From contig CP075492.1 in the NCBI GenBank assembly GCA_021613535.1, positions 4,588,001 to 4,652,000 of the forward strand: a stretch of 64,000 bases of DNA, given 5' to 3'. The DNA is from Adineta vaga. Taxonomy: Eukaryota; Animalia; Rotifera. This document shows positions 16,235-28,524 of this stretch, in pieces. Every line of letters starts with the position of its first letter. Positions within the stretch are counted from its first letter, which is position 1. Made by a program: the position numbers and the translations under genes. The notes under the pieces were generated by a model. That model was given only the letters and a program-made list of their open reading frames with translations, did no database searches and was not told the origin of the DNA.

Positions 16235-17420
16235 TGACACTATATATCATTTTCTAAATGAATATTATGTATATCTATATTTTCTTTTATATGTGACAAA
16301 GAGAGAGCGAGAGAGAAAAAAGCTTTCCAATGAAATGTGTTTTTAAACTAACTATTATTTTTCTCATTGTATTAATTAACAACTAGATAAAACTTTTATT
16401 TCTCTCTCTCTCTCTCGCCCTCTCGATTCTAGTTAGATCCGTCGAGCAGCCGTTCCGTTTTTGTTTTTTTTTCTAGTCGTAGTCTTGAATATGATTTGAT
16501 AGGAGACAGATCAAATTGCGCAGTCAAATGTAAGGATTTAGTCAAGGAAAAAAACAATGACAGACGGTTTGTTTCTCATATAAAAAAATAAGACAAAGAA
16601 AGAAAAATTTCTTGTCAAAGTATCAAATTATTATTATAATACATTAACATTTTCCGATTAAATTAATTCATTATTAAGATTTCAAGAAGAAAATAAATCA
16701 ATCATTTTCTTCTTCTTCCTTTTATCTCTCTCTCTTTTTGTTATGTTAGAAATGCATTTCATGTTGTCATCATCCGTCATCTGCTGTTGTTTTTTAATAA
16801 CTTTTAAGTACTTGAAAGCTCATAGAGGAAAATGATTGAATGCGTTGACTATACTGAAATGAAATTTCTAAACGAGAAAGTTAGTTCAAGGCCATGAGAG
16901 AAAGTAAACCAGGGATTGCACTGATTCTTTTACAGAATCTAATCTTTGTTAAATATAGATAAGAAAGACTAGCACTATGGAAGGTAAATCTTTTTTGGAA
17001 GAAAATGAACGAGCTTATTGAAAGTATCTAATCTGATTACTGAAATAAGTTTTCTCTTCTGTTTTAAATAAGAAATTTCTTCAGCTTCGTTATTTTGCGC
17101 CTTCTCGTCAGAACAAATCGATCGTGCGAAACGATAAAATTTTACTGAGACAGTTTCCATTCAATATGATTCAGTTTCCGCTAGTTACGATACGGAAATT
17201 CATTAACTGTTCAACCATCTAACTCAACGGACGTCCGAAAAAGACACTTTTATTATTCTTTTGCTTGAGGGAACTGATACACATCTTCGTTCCTCATTCA
17301 GACTTCTCGAACGAACTCTTTTGTTTATTCGAAGTATACTTCATACTTCAAGTTATTTCAAAAAAAAAGAAAAGAAAATTAAATCACTTAATTAAAAGAA
17401 AAAAAAATTCGTTGACTTAC

Positions 17421-17473
17421 TTGCATAGTAAAGCATCAGACCATCGTCGACCTCGCATATTAATTCGAGTCAT
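17421..17473 (-). CDS. Candidate alternative first coding exon C of the Munc13-4/BAIAP3 gene
   Basis: MTRINMRGRRWSDALLC+AA then consensus GTAAGT donor, phase 2. Confidence 0.55.
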
Positions 17474-18270
17474 TTTGAAGAATTTTCAGTTTGTTTGAAT
17501 CTGTTCGTTGTGAGATGTTAAATCCATTCTTGTTGTTGATGTCGTGCTTTCTTCTCGCTCTCTCTCTCTAGTGAATGAGAGGATCTTTATCTCTTTTATG
17601 CAATATAATTCTTTCGTTCTTGTCTCCAACAAGAAGAGAAAAAAACGTTACAGAGAAAGAGAAAGCATTGACAACAAGTGCGAGAGAGAAAAAATAAAAA
17701 AAAATAGGATTTTCTTTATTCACTTGTTTTATTAGGGATAACGCAGTTCTATTCCGGACATTATAATGATGATTATGGGAAAATTCTCTCTAAGGTTTTA
17801 TTTAGGAATTGAATAGAATGATAAACGGCAAGATTATAGGTTTAATAATTACCCATTGTACGTGACGTTTTATTGAAATAAATGATCAACTACTTTTTAA
17901 TAAGATAGGAAACAAAACAAAGTTTAATTCGAATTTTCTTGCCTATCAAAATGTCGACTTTTAAGTTTTGAATAGTCAAAGATCTCGAGGTCTTTCCTTT
18001 GCCGGAAGAAACTAATCATGAAACTACTTTTAGAAAAAGCATTTCTTTGTTAGAAAGTAAGAAGAGAGAAAAAAAATCTATCTGAGAATGTCTCTTTGAA
18101 TTGAATAGAATGACGTGCTTTAGTGAACACTATCAAAGAGAATGAATCTTTCTTCCTCTTCTTCTACCATTAATATAATTCACTCTCCTTCCTCAAAAGA
18201 AAAGAATATTTAATCGACAAATTTCATAATGAATAAATTTTCTTTTCAAAAAAAAACAGCGAAGTTAAAG

Positions 18271-19907
18271 TTAAAAAGATTTTGTGTTCACATCAATCAT
18301 CGTACTATGATTATGTATTGAACATTGTGTTTGATGGATGAAATTATTTGTTAAGATTGTTGATTCACATGATATTCGACTTTGTAATAATTGTTCAGTG
18401 GTAAATATAATTTCATTTCCCTTGCGTGATCGAGCGTCACGACCATATTTCTTTTCTAATTCTTGTCGGAAATCACGAACTTGGATGTAATCATGTGTAT
18501 ATATCGATGCTTGACGATGAATTTCATGAATACCTTCTTTAGCAACTTTTAAATGCAAAACATTTCGTTCATTTTCAGTTAGAATCGGTATTGTTGATAA
18601 GATTTGATTCCAGTTTTTTGTTAATTTCGTATCGATATTTTCACGAAATGCTTCATCTTTTGAGCACATTGGTGTACTTTGAAATTTCGCTATTTTACAT
18701 ATAAGACGACGTGATATACTTTTGAGATATTTGCCCGAATCTATAAAAGAAGATAGAAAAGAATTCTATGAAAAACACGATTGATTTAATTTATTTATAA
18801 CAATATTAAATAATCGTTTGTTTACTCGAAAGAACAAAGAAGGATTTGCTCGAGAAACAACACATCGTATTTAACATGCATATAAAATTATCCTGACAAC
18901 TAAGACAAGAAAAAACAAATCTATATTTAAGAAGAAAAATGCTTAAACTCTTGCTAAGTATCGAATTTCTTCCATTGACATAAGATAAGAAAATGAATAT
19001 CTTTCTTTTTTGAACGAGAAACTTACTCTTCTCTCTCTCTCTTCAAAAACTTACGTCCAATATAATGTTTAAATTTTTGTAAACCAAATTCTTCTGGTTT
19101 GATATAAATTCGATCACCATAATATGGATCCGATTCATTATCATATAAACCTTTTAATTTACCAAATAAAATATGTCCAAAACCGTGTGGCATGCATCCA
19201 TGTTTAACATCCATTCCACTATATAAAAAAAATAAAAAACACAAGCATTGAAAGATCGTGAAGAACTTACTAAGCTGGATAATGTTTAATTCGATGTAAT
19301 TTAGAAAGAGCTCGTTCACGGAAATGTGATGATTCATCACCACGAACATAAATAAATGCATCGGGAATGGTTTTACTTAATTTTTGTAATTTAAATATTG
19401 ATTTAAGAGAATTAACAGCAAAATGTTTTAAACGTTTGAAATAACCTGAACGATGTTCTTCACTTCCTTGGACTTGTGCATCTTTAGCCATCATTAATCG
19501 TGCAAAGAATTCTTTCGTTGAATCATAAAGAACAAACATACCTAGAAGAAAAAGAAAAACAGACTAATTCAAACGCTTTTTCCTTATCGAAAGAAGAGAA
19601 ATTAACCTTTAGAAAATTTAATTGGTCGACCATTGAGTGCAGCTTCTTGCATAAAAAAATGCATTAATGAACAAATATTATCTTCATTAACATCTTTATA
19701 AGAATCATTGTTAAGGATTATATTCGAGAAAAACTCTCGACCATGATTGGCACGTGTTGCATTTATATGTAATTTAGCTAATATACAACATGTATCATTT
19801 GAATTTAAACTTAATTTTGGTTTTCGTATTGTTGGCCAACTATTTGTTTGCAAAATAAAAACAATAAGAAGAAGAAAAAGAATGAATGTTAATCGACGAT
19901 ACATCAT
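18271..19907 (-). CDS. Secreted protein of unknown function, four exons
   Basis: Signal peptide MMYRRLTFILFLLLIVFILQTNS; three introns splice in frame (..FSKG/MFV.., ..HYPAY/GMDV.., ..YIGH/SGKY..); conserved-looking motifs ESSHF, YGMDV, PHGFGHILFG, YIKPEEFG, RKGNEIIF. Confidence 0.75.
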
Positions 19908-20792
19908 GAATAAATGAAGTTGTATACTTTTTCTTTGTGTATTTATAATCGACATTTAAATGGCATCTATATATCTTTGATATTTAAGATTGATAGGTGA
20001 TCACATGTTAGTTAACCTCATATGAAACTTTCGTTTTAAAGATCAATAGTGCGATACACTAAATAATAGACAAAGAAATATACATAGATTCGTAATCTCA
20101 AAAGATTCGTTTTTTCGATTAGTGGCATTTATATGTAATAAAAACATGATCATCATATTCGTCTTGAGGATGTGGATGATAAAACTATGTTGATATGAGT
20201 TTCAACAATAATCGATAAAATAGATGATATAGACAAAAAGAATACAACTGCATTGAACTAGCAGTATACTGTTTAAAAGAGCTTTTATTAAATAGAAAAT
20301 TTTGTTAATAGATTTTCAGATTAGAAGAAATATTCTATTTAAATTGATCTATGTACACGACAGGTTAGATCAAAACAGTATAGTCGTAAACGACTGTATT
20401 CAGAGAAATATGGCCGATTTTGCCGTTTATCGCCGTATTATTTGTTTCCATGATTGTGTACTGAATTCGTACTATTCGTCTTGAAAGTACTTTATCAGTT
20501 GAAGATTTACTTTTTATAAACATAAAAAATAAATAATATAAACACATTAAGGAAATTTAGATATTTTAGAATAATCATAACAACATCTTTCAATCATTTC
20601 TTACAAAAGTATGATTTCATATGTTTTAATCTTACATAAACTTGCAATAGCTCGTCCATTACATTAGATTATTGATGAATTGAGTCAGCATACTCCTTTT
20701 CCTCGTTTACTATGCTTTCATAATCATTGTGTAATACAACTCTATATAATAATATTTACGTTCTCAAGACAAAAATCATCATCATCATAAAA

Positions 20793-23700
20793 ATGATGTC
20801 GTCATATTTGATTACTATACCTAAAACTGATCTTCAATTGAAACAAATATCAGGTAAATCGATATTTTGATGTACATTGAAATGTTTTTCATTTGATTGA
20901 TGCTTCTGAAGATTTTTCTACTGGAATATTTATTGATAATTCTGGTTCAACATGTTCGCAATTAGTCTCCATTGGTAAAAATGTTCTGCAAGCTGCATTG
21001 AGTATTTGTGAAACAGTTCGTTTCGATCATATTATTCTTTGGAATACATCAGCAGAAATATGCACCGATATTACAGCAGCAAAACCTACCGGCGGAACAT
21101 CACCAAAGGCAATATTTCAAAATGAATCAACGAAACAAGCATTTGAAAAATCTGATGTTATTGTTTTTGTTACCGACGGAGAAATTGATGATAATAGCGT
21201 CACGCAGGTATGAAACACGTTTTCTTTCCTCAAAGCTCGACGTAATTTTCATTTTAAGAAAAAAACTCATCGCTGAAAATTTCTAGAACAACTATCTTAT
21301 TCGTGTTTATATTTTTCATTGAAAATCTTTTTTTTTCAGTTTGCAACATGTACACAAGTTAATCTGGACAAAGCATTAGTTATTTGTGTCATTATTCACA
21401 AAAAATTACCAACACCAACTCAAATCAATGTTTCTGTTGTTGCACCATTAATGATGGCTTCGAATGTTTTATGTCTTTACTATGATGGTGAAGTATTTTA
21501 TATTCTTTCATCAAAAGGATATATTAATAATTTTTATAAGTCAACAGATGATTTAACAAATTATGAAAATTTGAATACTTTGAATATTAAAGAATTATTT
21601 GATAATATACAAATTTATGAACATCAAAAACTTCCCGTTGGTTGTATTCCAATTCGTGATGATGAAAAAGAAATAATTGCGATCAATTATAATCAATTAT
21701 TAAGTATAAATGATGTAGAATCAGTTTCAAAACTAACTGAAGATGATTGGAAAACAATCATTCAATATGGCAAAATAGGAAATAAATTACATGAATTACG
21801 AACATTTGTTTCACAAATGAAATATCAATCGATACAGTTCGATACAGAAAAATGTCGATCAAAATTTGATTTTAAATTTTCCAGACAACGTGATGAAATT
21901 ATTTCTCAGATTGTTACACTTAAATTAAATGAAAATGATCATTCAAATGAATTAGTTAATCTTCGTCGACAACTCTATGAAATATCTGATCAAGCGAAAA
22001 TTGAAGAAATCGAATATTTGAAATATATCAATGAAAATCTTCATCAAACTCGACATTATTGGAATACAATTCAAAATCTTATTCATGAACAAGAAATAGG
22101 TTCTTATTCAATTAATGATTTTACTTTTGCATCCAATCGTGCCAATCGAGCAAAAGTTTTAACAACTAATGATGAAGAATATTCCGATGTTATTACTATC
22201 CTAGATCATACTGATGTTCCATTATTTGAATGTGCAATTTGTATGGAACAAGGACCATTTGTTCTTTGGTTAAAATCGCCAACAAATCTTGATGATACAA
22301 CTAATGATTTTATCATTAATTTTCCTTTAGAAGGAAATGAAAATTTAGCTCATTGTATTGTTGCTAATCCCGTTTGTGGTTTATGTGCGAAATCTTATAT
22401 CAATGCATCGATGATGAATTATTCCAATCAATTGATAACTCTCTATCGAGAACCATGTACTGGTTTTATTCCATTAAATTGGACAACATCATCGAATCGA
22501 AAATATATAAATTATACATTATTTCAAGTTCTTACGGGAAATAAAATTCTTCATCATGTTCAAATGTTACTTTTAGCAATAATTGATGAATGTCAATTTC
22601 AATGGTTAGATTCGAAAATCAAAACATATATTATAAAACAAATGATCGAAAATATCTATACGACAGATTCATTTTCTGATGAAGGCACTCGAATGATATT
22701 TCTCAATGCATTAAAAGAAATCGTTAAACAAGAAGATAAATTTCTACGTCAACCAATTCAAGCTTTTTGTCGTATCTTAAATTTGAATCATATATATCAT
22801 CAATTGGATCAAGATACTATTCAAATACTTTTACGAAAACGTTTTACATTATTATGTATTGAAAATCAATGTTCAAAAACGAAATTTGGTCCCGAATATT
22901 TACTCAATATTAAACAAGAATTATATGATATGTTATTCGATACATTATGCGGCATACCACTTTATAATTCATTGAAAAAGATCGATATTGAAAATGAATA
23001 TTTACGAAATTTTCTTGGTAAATCTTATGAACGATTAATTCGTTCCGTTGATAAACTTACTGCAAATTTGACTATCGATCGTTCGACAATATTTCCAAGT
23101 GAAATCATTTCATTTGTTTTGTATCTTTTAACAACAGTACAAGTTCATGATCGACCAATGAAATTATATACAGATTTTGTCTTAAAACATCGATCATTTC
23201 GAGATAATATGCAAATATCATGGTCAAAATTAACAGAAGATGTGAATATTCAAGTTTTCGGTAACTATCATTCTGTATCGGAATTGATCATACCTGCTTA
23301 TGCAATTAATCTTGGTCGATTTTCTTGTCCAAGTAAATTATTCTTCAATCGTGAATCATTATGGAATACAGATGTTGAAAATAAACGAATTAATGTTACA
23401 ACATTAATGAATCAATTAAAAATCAATCTTGATTCTAAATTAAAGAAATCATATGGAAGTTCAACACCTAATCACACAAGTGCGCATTTTACTTTACATG
23501 CAATTGTTGCTGAAATTCTTGAAGAAATGCATCCAAATCAAGAGAAAATGACGGATGATATGATTATGAATTGTATGATTCGTATTGGTAAAACAGCTGG
23601 ACGAAAAGGAAATATTTATGCTGATATTGTTTTTCAAGTTGCTGTTATTACAATTGAAGATTATCTAAAATTTCGTCAAACAACGATAAATCGTATTCAA

Positions 23701-24751
23701 ATTGATCATGATCAAATTTCTCGTTCATATCAACATAAAGTTCTTAGTGAATTAATCGCAAATGGTATGGAATATGATGAATTAACTAATGAAGTTTTAT
23801 TTGATCCATCGAAATTAAAAGCACCAACTGTATTTGAAATAAAAACTATTGAAAAGAATTTCGATGAAATGAGAAAACGTATTCAAGAACTTTATATCAC
23901 AACGAGAAAACAAACGAGCACAAATCTCGATCAAACATGTTTAAATATTGAAATCAAAGATTTTATTGAATTTGGATATAAAATGAATCCAGATGATCTT
24001 CTACCTATATGGACACAGTAAGTCTTTCATTGAAACAAAATCATCTAATTTGTTTATTTATTCTGATTGTAGAGAACAAAATAATATTGTTTCATCGATT
24101 ATAACTGATCGTGATGAAATTGAGCAACCTATTAAATATGTTGCTGGTTTGGATATAAGTTTTGTGAAAACCAATGATAAAGCTGTTGCTTCAATGGTTA
24201 TTTTTGATTATTCCACATTGAATATTGTCGCAAAGATCAGTGTAAATTGTAATATGAAAATTCCATATATTGCAAACTATCTTGCTTTTCGTGAAGCACC
24301 TGTTTTTATGAAATTACTCGATATTCAAAAAGAACATTGCTCTCATTTAACACCACAAGTTATTCTCATGGATGGTAATGGTGTTTGGCATCCGCGTCGA
24401 GCTGGTATTGCTTCACATTTTGGTGTTTTAAGTAATATTCCATGTTTTGGTGTATCAAAAAATGTTCTCTATGCCGATGGTATGACACGAGAACGAATTG
24501 AAGAATTATTAACCAATCAAGCGCCAAATGAAGATCAATATTGTGAAGTTATTGGTGATAGTGGACAAGTTCTTGGTTTAGCTTATAATGTAACTGGATT
24601 TGTTAAGAATGCAGTTTATATCAGTGTTGGACATAAGATAACATTGACAACAGCTCGGGAGATATTCAGATCAGTATGCAAATATCGTAATTGTGAACCA
24701 ATACGACAAGCAGATTTACTCAGTCGAGAAATGGTGGCGAAATTGACATAA
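20793..24751 (+). CDS. vWA domain - zinc/RING-like - helical region - Endonuclease V fusion protein (exons 20793-20853, 20912-21207, 21340-24017, 24073-24751; 1237 aa)
   Basis: All three introns are GT-AG and phase-compatible; MIDAS motifs IDNSGST, GGTSP, VFVTDGEI; CAIC (22231)...CGLC (22375); EndoV motifs GLDISF, PYIANYLAFRE, MDGNGVWHPRRAGIASHFG, GVSK, VYISVGH, EPIRQADL. Confidence 0.85.
24004..24751 (+). other. ENDOV: Endonuclease V domain (C-terminal part of the fusion)
   Basis: Catalytic D (GLD), E (FRE), D (DGNG) and D (QAD) retained; the N-terminal helix W-x-x-E-Q spans the last splice junction (PIWTQ/EQNN). Confidence 0.9.
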
Positions 24752-25160
24752 AAAGAAGTTTTTCTTTCGATTAATAAAACACGAAAAATAATAAAAAGGT
24801 TTTGTAAACAACGACAGAGAGGAAGAGCGATCTATAGAAACTCATTATCAATTAAGTGATCATTTTTAAGAGAGTGTAATGAATAAAATAATCGATCATT
24901 GCAAGAACTTTTCATCTACAATACATTCATGCTCATCCTCAATTTCCTTTTTTTTGCCATAGTTTTACCACGAATATCGTGTTTGCATCGAAGACGTGTA
25001 TTCAAGCGTTACAAAAAATATCGAAAAATAAAAGGAAAAAAGGTATGCATATATAAAGGAAAAGAACACAATCGTTATAAGATATATGTTTTGGTTTGAA
25101 CAAGATACGTATTGAATAAATACTCTTTTAAATAGTAAACAAATCAATTAACGAATAGTT

Positions 25161-26463
25161 ATGGGTTTACGACGAGCAATTGTATCACCAATATATTACA
25201 TTTATCGACGTTTTACATCACCAAATCGAACTTCACAATATTGGGCAATTCTTATTCTAATAGCATTGATTTATATTACGATCTTTATCTATATCCATGA
25301 AAGAGTAACTTCATCAGAATTTGACTCATTTACAAATAAAGATAGTGTTGATAATCAAACAACTAGTTTACTAGAATATCAAAAACAAGAACATCCAAAA
25401 TCTGTATTTAACTCAAGTAATAAAACAAATTTACAGTAAGTATTTATTCGATGAAAATATATATTCAAAACAATTCTATATAGAAATCAATCATTTATAT
25501 TCAATACCTCTCAAGTACGTTTACGTTATTCATTTATTGATCTTGACGATCTTGATGTTGATATCAATATTCTTGATGAAGAATTTCAACCTACTACTAA
25601 CATAAGCATCAATCTTCCACCTCCTGGAAGTCATCAATTTTCACGTATATTAAATATTAAAGGTGATCTTTCAACGATTGTTTATAATCGAATACCACAA
25701 TGTTATGAATATACAATGAAAATTTTACTCGAACAACTCTACTTTACATTCATTTAAATATATTTCAAGTCAAATTTATACGCCATTTACATATAATCAA
25801 TCATCGTTAATTACAATTGCTCGTTCATTAATTCATTATAAATCCAATCGATTAATTTATGATCGACATATTTATTTTTTTAATTTTCAACATTTAAAAT
25901 TTCCATCTCATCCAGTATGGATCAATCTTGTTCGTGATCCCATCGCTCGTATTGCAGCTGAATTCAATGCAACACGTGAAATATGTCGAACAACAAATCG
26001 TTGTTTTGTATCGAAACAAACCATCAATGATACACTTAGAACATGTATTGCTAAATATCCACCTCGTGATTGTATTTCAACAAAAAATGGTATTTCAAAA
26101 ATGATTCCATTCTTTTGTGGATTGACACATACACACGAATGTGAACGAAATGCTAGTTTTGCATTACAACAAGCAAAACAAAATGTTGAATATTATTATA
26201 CAGTAATTGGAATCACTGAAGAATTTTATAAATTTCTCTATGTACTTGGTATGTATTTTGAAAATGAACAGAGAAAAAAAAGGAAATTTAAAATTAATTT
26301 GTTTTGTTATTTAGAAAAACTTTTTCCAGAATATTTTCAACTAGCTCGTCTTCTGTTTATGAATACTCGAAATCCTGATCATCTAATAGATGAAAGAGAC
26401 ACAAACTTCTCTTCACCCAATGATCAAATCATTCGTACTCTTCGGCCATTACTTAATCATTGA
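25161..26463 (+). pseudogene. Heparan/uronyl 2-O-sulfotransferase-like type II membrane protein with a frameshift at ~25740 and degenerate PAPS motifs
   Basis: N-terminal TM helix; IVYNRIP, YDRHIYFFNF, WINLVRDPIAR, MIPFFCG, ALQQAKQNVEYYYTVIGITEE are characteristic of the HS2ST/UST family; the reading frame changes at ...GAA CAA CTC T|ACT TTA CAT; may be an intact gene with a sequencing error. Confidence 0.7.
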
Positions 26464-26692
26464 ATGATAACTTCCGATAAACATAACTATTAAAAAACAA
26501 AGTATGATATTTTTATGTTGTTACCTTTTTTTTCTCTCTTTCCTACATCATAAATCGGAAGAAATATAGGTGAGTCATGAGAGTTAGTTATCTTCTATTT
26601 ATGGTCATATGTATATATATTTAATCAAGATTAGCAAAAGAAAAATATAACAAAACAAAGATATATGATAGAGACGAATGTGTTTCTGTAGT

Positions 26693-28104
26693 TCATTCAA
26701 TTCCAAAACGTTTCTGACCACATTCACAACAAAATTTTGCCCGTTCAACAGGAAATGCTTCACCACATTCATGACAATGTTTTGCTATTGTTTGTATACG
26801 TGGTTTTTGAGATTCATGACGTTGATAATCATCACCATTCGTTTGTTGTGGTAAACGTTGATTTGATGCTAATGATCGATTTTTAACTTCAGCTATATGT
26901 TGTTGATAGTAAGATGTTGTTTCATTCTTCGATTGATCTCGCTCTACACCATTCGTACGATCCGAACGTTGCATACCTCGAAGATAATTTCCTTTTGTAA
27001 TACGTGTTTTAATTAAACGAGGATTATTATAATTAGTTGCTGAATCATTTGGTAGATTTTTTACAGGCTAATGAAATCAAATTAGAAAGAGATATATGCT
27101 TTTTCTTTTGTAGAAAAAAGATCTATTACTTCCGGATAAGTTGGTCGTCGAAAACCGTTCGTATTTCCATTGGATCTTTGGTATTCTTTGTCTTCATTGA
27201 TTCTGCAACAAATGATTTAAATAAAATTCATAGAAATCAGCAAGATCATTGGCAAATACTTTTGAGGTTTTCGTGAACCTAATTTCGATGGTGCCGAATT
27301 GATTTGATGTTCTGTATAGTTAATACGGTCTGATCGGTCAATATTTCTGGGTGGTGTACGAATATTATTCGCTGCTGTTAATACTGAATGCATTTGTTTT
27401 CGTTTATGTTGTGTTTCACAACTAAATATAAGAAATAAAAGATTTTTTATTCTTCTGAAAAAAGAAGTAATTTCGTTCTTTGTACAATGGTATATGTCTT
27501 TCTGCTGAATATTTATTAAAATGACGATGACAATATTCACATTGAACATAATCTGATGGAGCTTGTGATGGAAGTTGTTTAGGTATTGGTGCACCATTTT
27601 CAATTGCTTGTGTTATTTGTCGAGCTTGACGAATGGTTTGAACAAGTTCATTGTGTCCTTCTCGCCAGTTAGTTGTTTTCTTCTTCGTATTATCTATTTT
27701 CGGTTGTCGACCATCTTTATAAAACTGAGATTTGCTTAACATTACGAAAAAAAATCTATTTTCAATGAAGTTTTCTTTCCAACCTGTGTTGTTTCTCTCG
27801 TTGCTTGATATGGTATATCAGAGTCTGTAGCACGTTGTTTACCAGTATCGAAAACTTTTCGTGGTTGTTTTTGTGATGTTTTTTTACATATAATTTGATG
27901 TTTTTTCTAGAAATATAACAATCTATTTTAAACGGAACGGCAATCACAAATTATTCTTTGATCTACCAAAGAGTCGGATTTAAAATTTCGTCCACAAATC
28001 GAACAAGGATAAGTTTGAACACTTTCATAAATAGGTATGGATTGACTTTCTGTTACTTGACCAGTTGCTTCATCGTAATCATTTGTATCCTCATCCGAAT
28101 CCAT
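26693..28104 (-). CDS. ZC2HC1A: C2HC zinc-finger protein (ZC2HC1A/FAM164A-like), multi-exon
   Basis: PCSICGRNF..EKHQIICKK..RKVFD, NWREGHNELVQTIRQAR, DYVQCEYCHRHFNKYSAERHIP; C-terminal HCHECGEAFPVERAKFCCECGQKR. Confidence 0.85.
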
Positions 28105-28214
28105 AATGTTCGATGACACCGAACTCTCGATTATTTTGTTTTACTTTGTTTGTATTACGCAGCAGTTTGTTTAAATTCTTCTTATGTGTATTATTCAAAC
28201 GAGTCATTCTTCAC

Positions 28215-28217
<3 letters not shown>

Positions 28218-28247
<30 letters not shown>
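28218..28247. repeat. (CT)n microsatellite in the divergent ZC2HC1A/cysteine synthase intergenic region
   Basis: About 15 perfect CT units. Confidence 0.85.
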
Positions 28248-28250
<3 letters not shown>

Positions 28251-28524
28251 AAAGTATTACTCGAAGATTAAACAACACCTTCAACATCGCATTTTTTTAT
28301 ACAATCGTTTCTTTGTAGATGTCTCTTGTGTACGGAGTTTGGTTAGAAACAAAACTATTATCTTGTTCGAGAATCACATCTACCAATTCAAAATACTTTG
28401 GACTCGTCTTCGTCTCTTGTAATGTAACCGTGTCTGATCACGCCGTTATGTTATGACGAACGAAATATTTCGTGCAATTGATATTTGATTTCAAGGTGTA
28501 GTTATCAATTCGTGAGAAAAAAAT

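Noticed and set aside
20290-20560. Overlapping 60-aa ORFs between the orphan secreted gene and the vWA-EndoV gene
   Set aside because: Non-ATG starts and no motifs; treated as intergenic
23993-24751. Stand-alone Endonuclease V gene starting MIFYLYG as in the ORF track
   Set aside because: Most of the first 26 codons fall in a canonical intron, and the conserved N-terminal W..EQ helix is completed only by splicing to the upstream ORF
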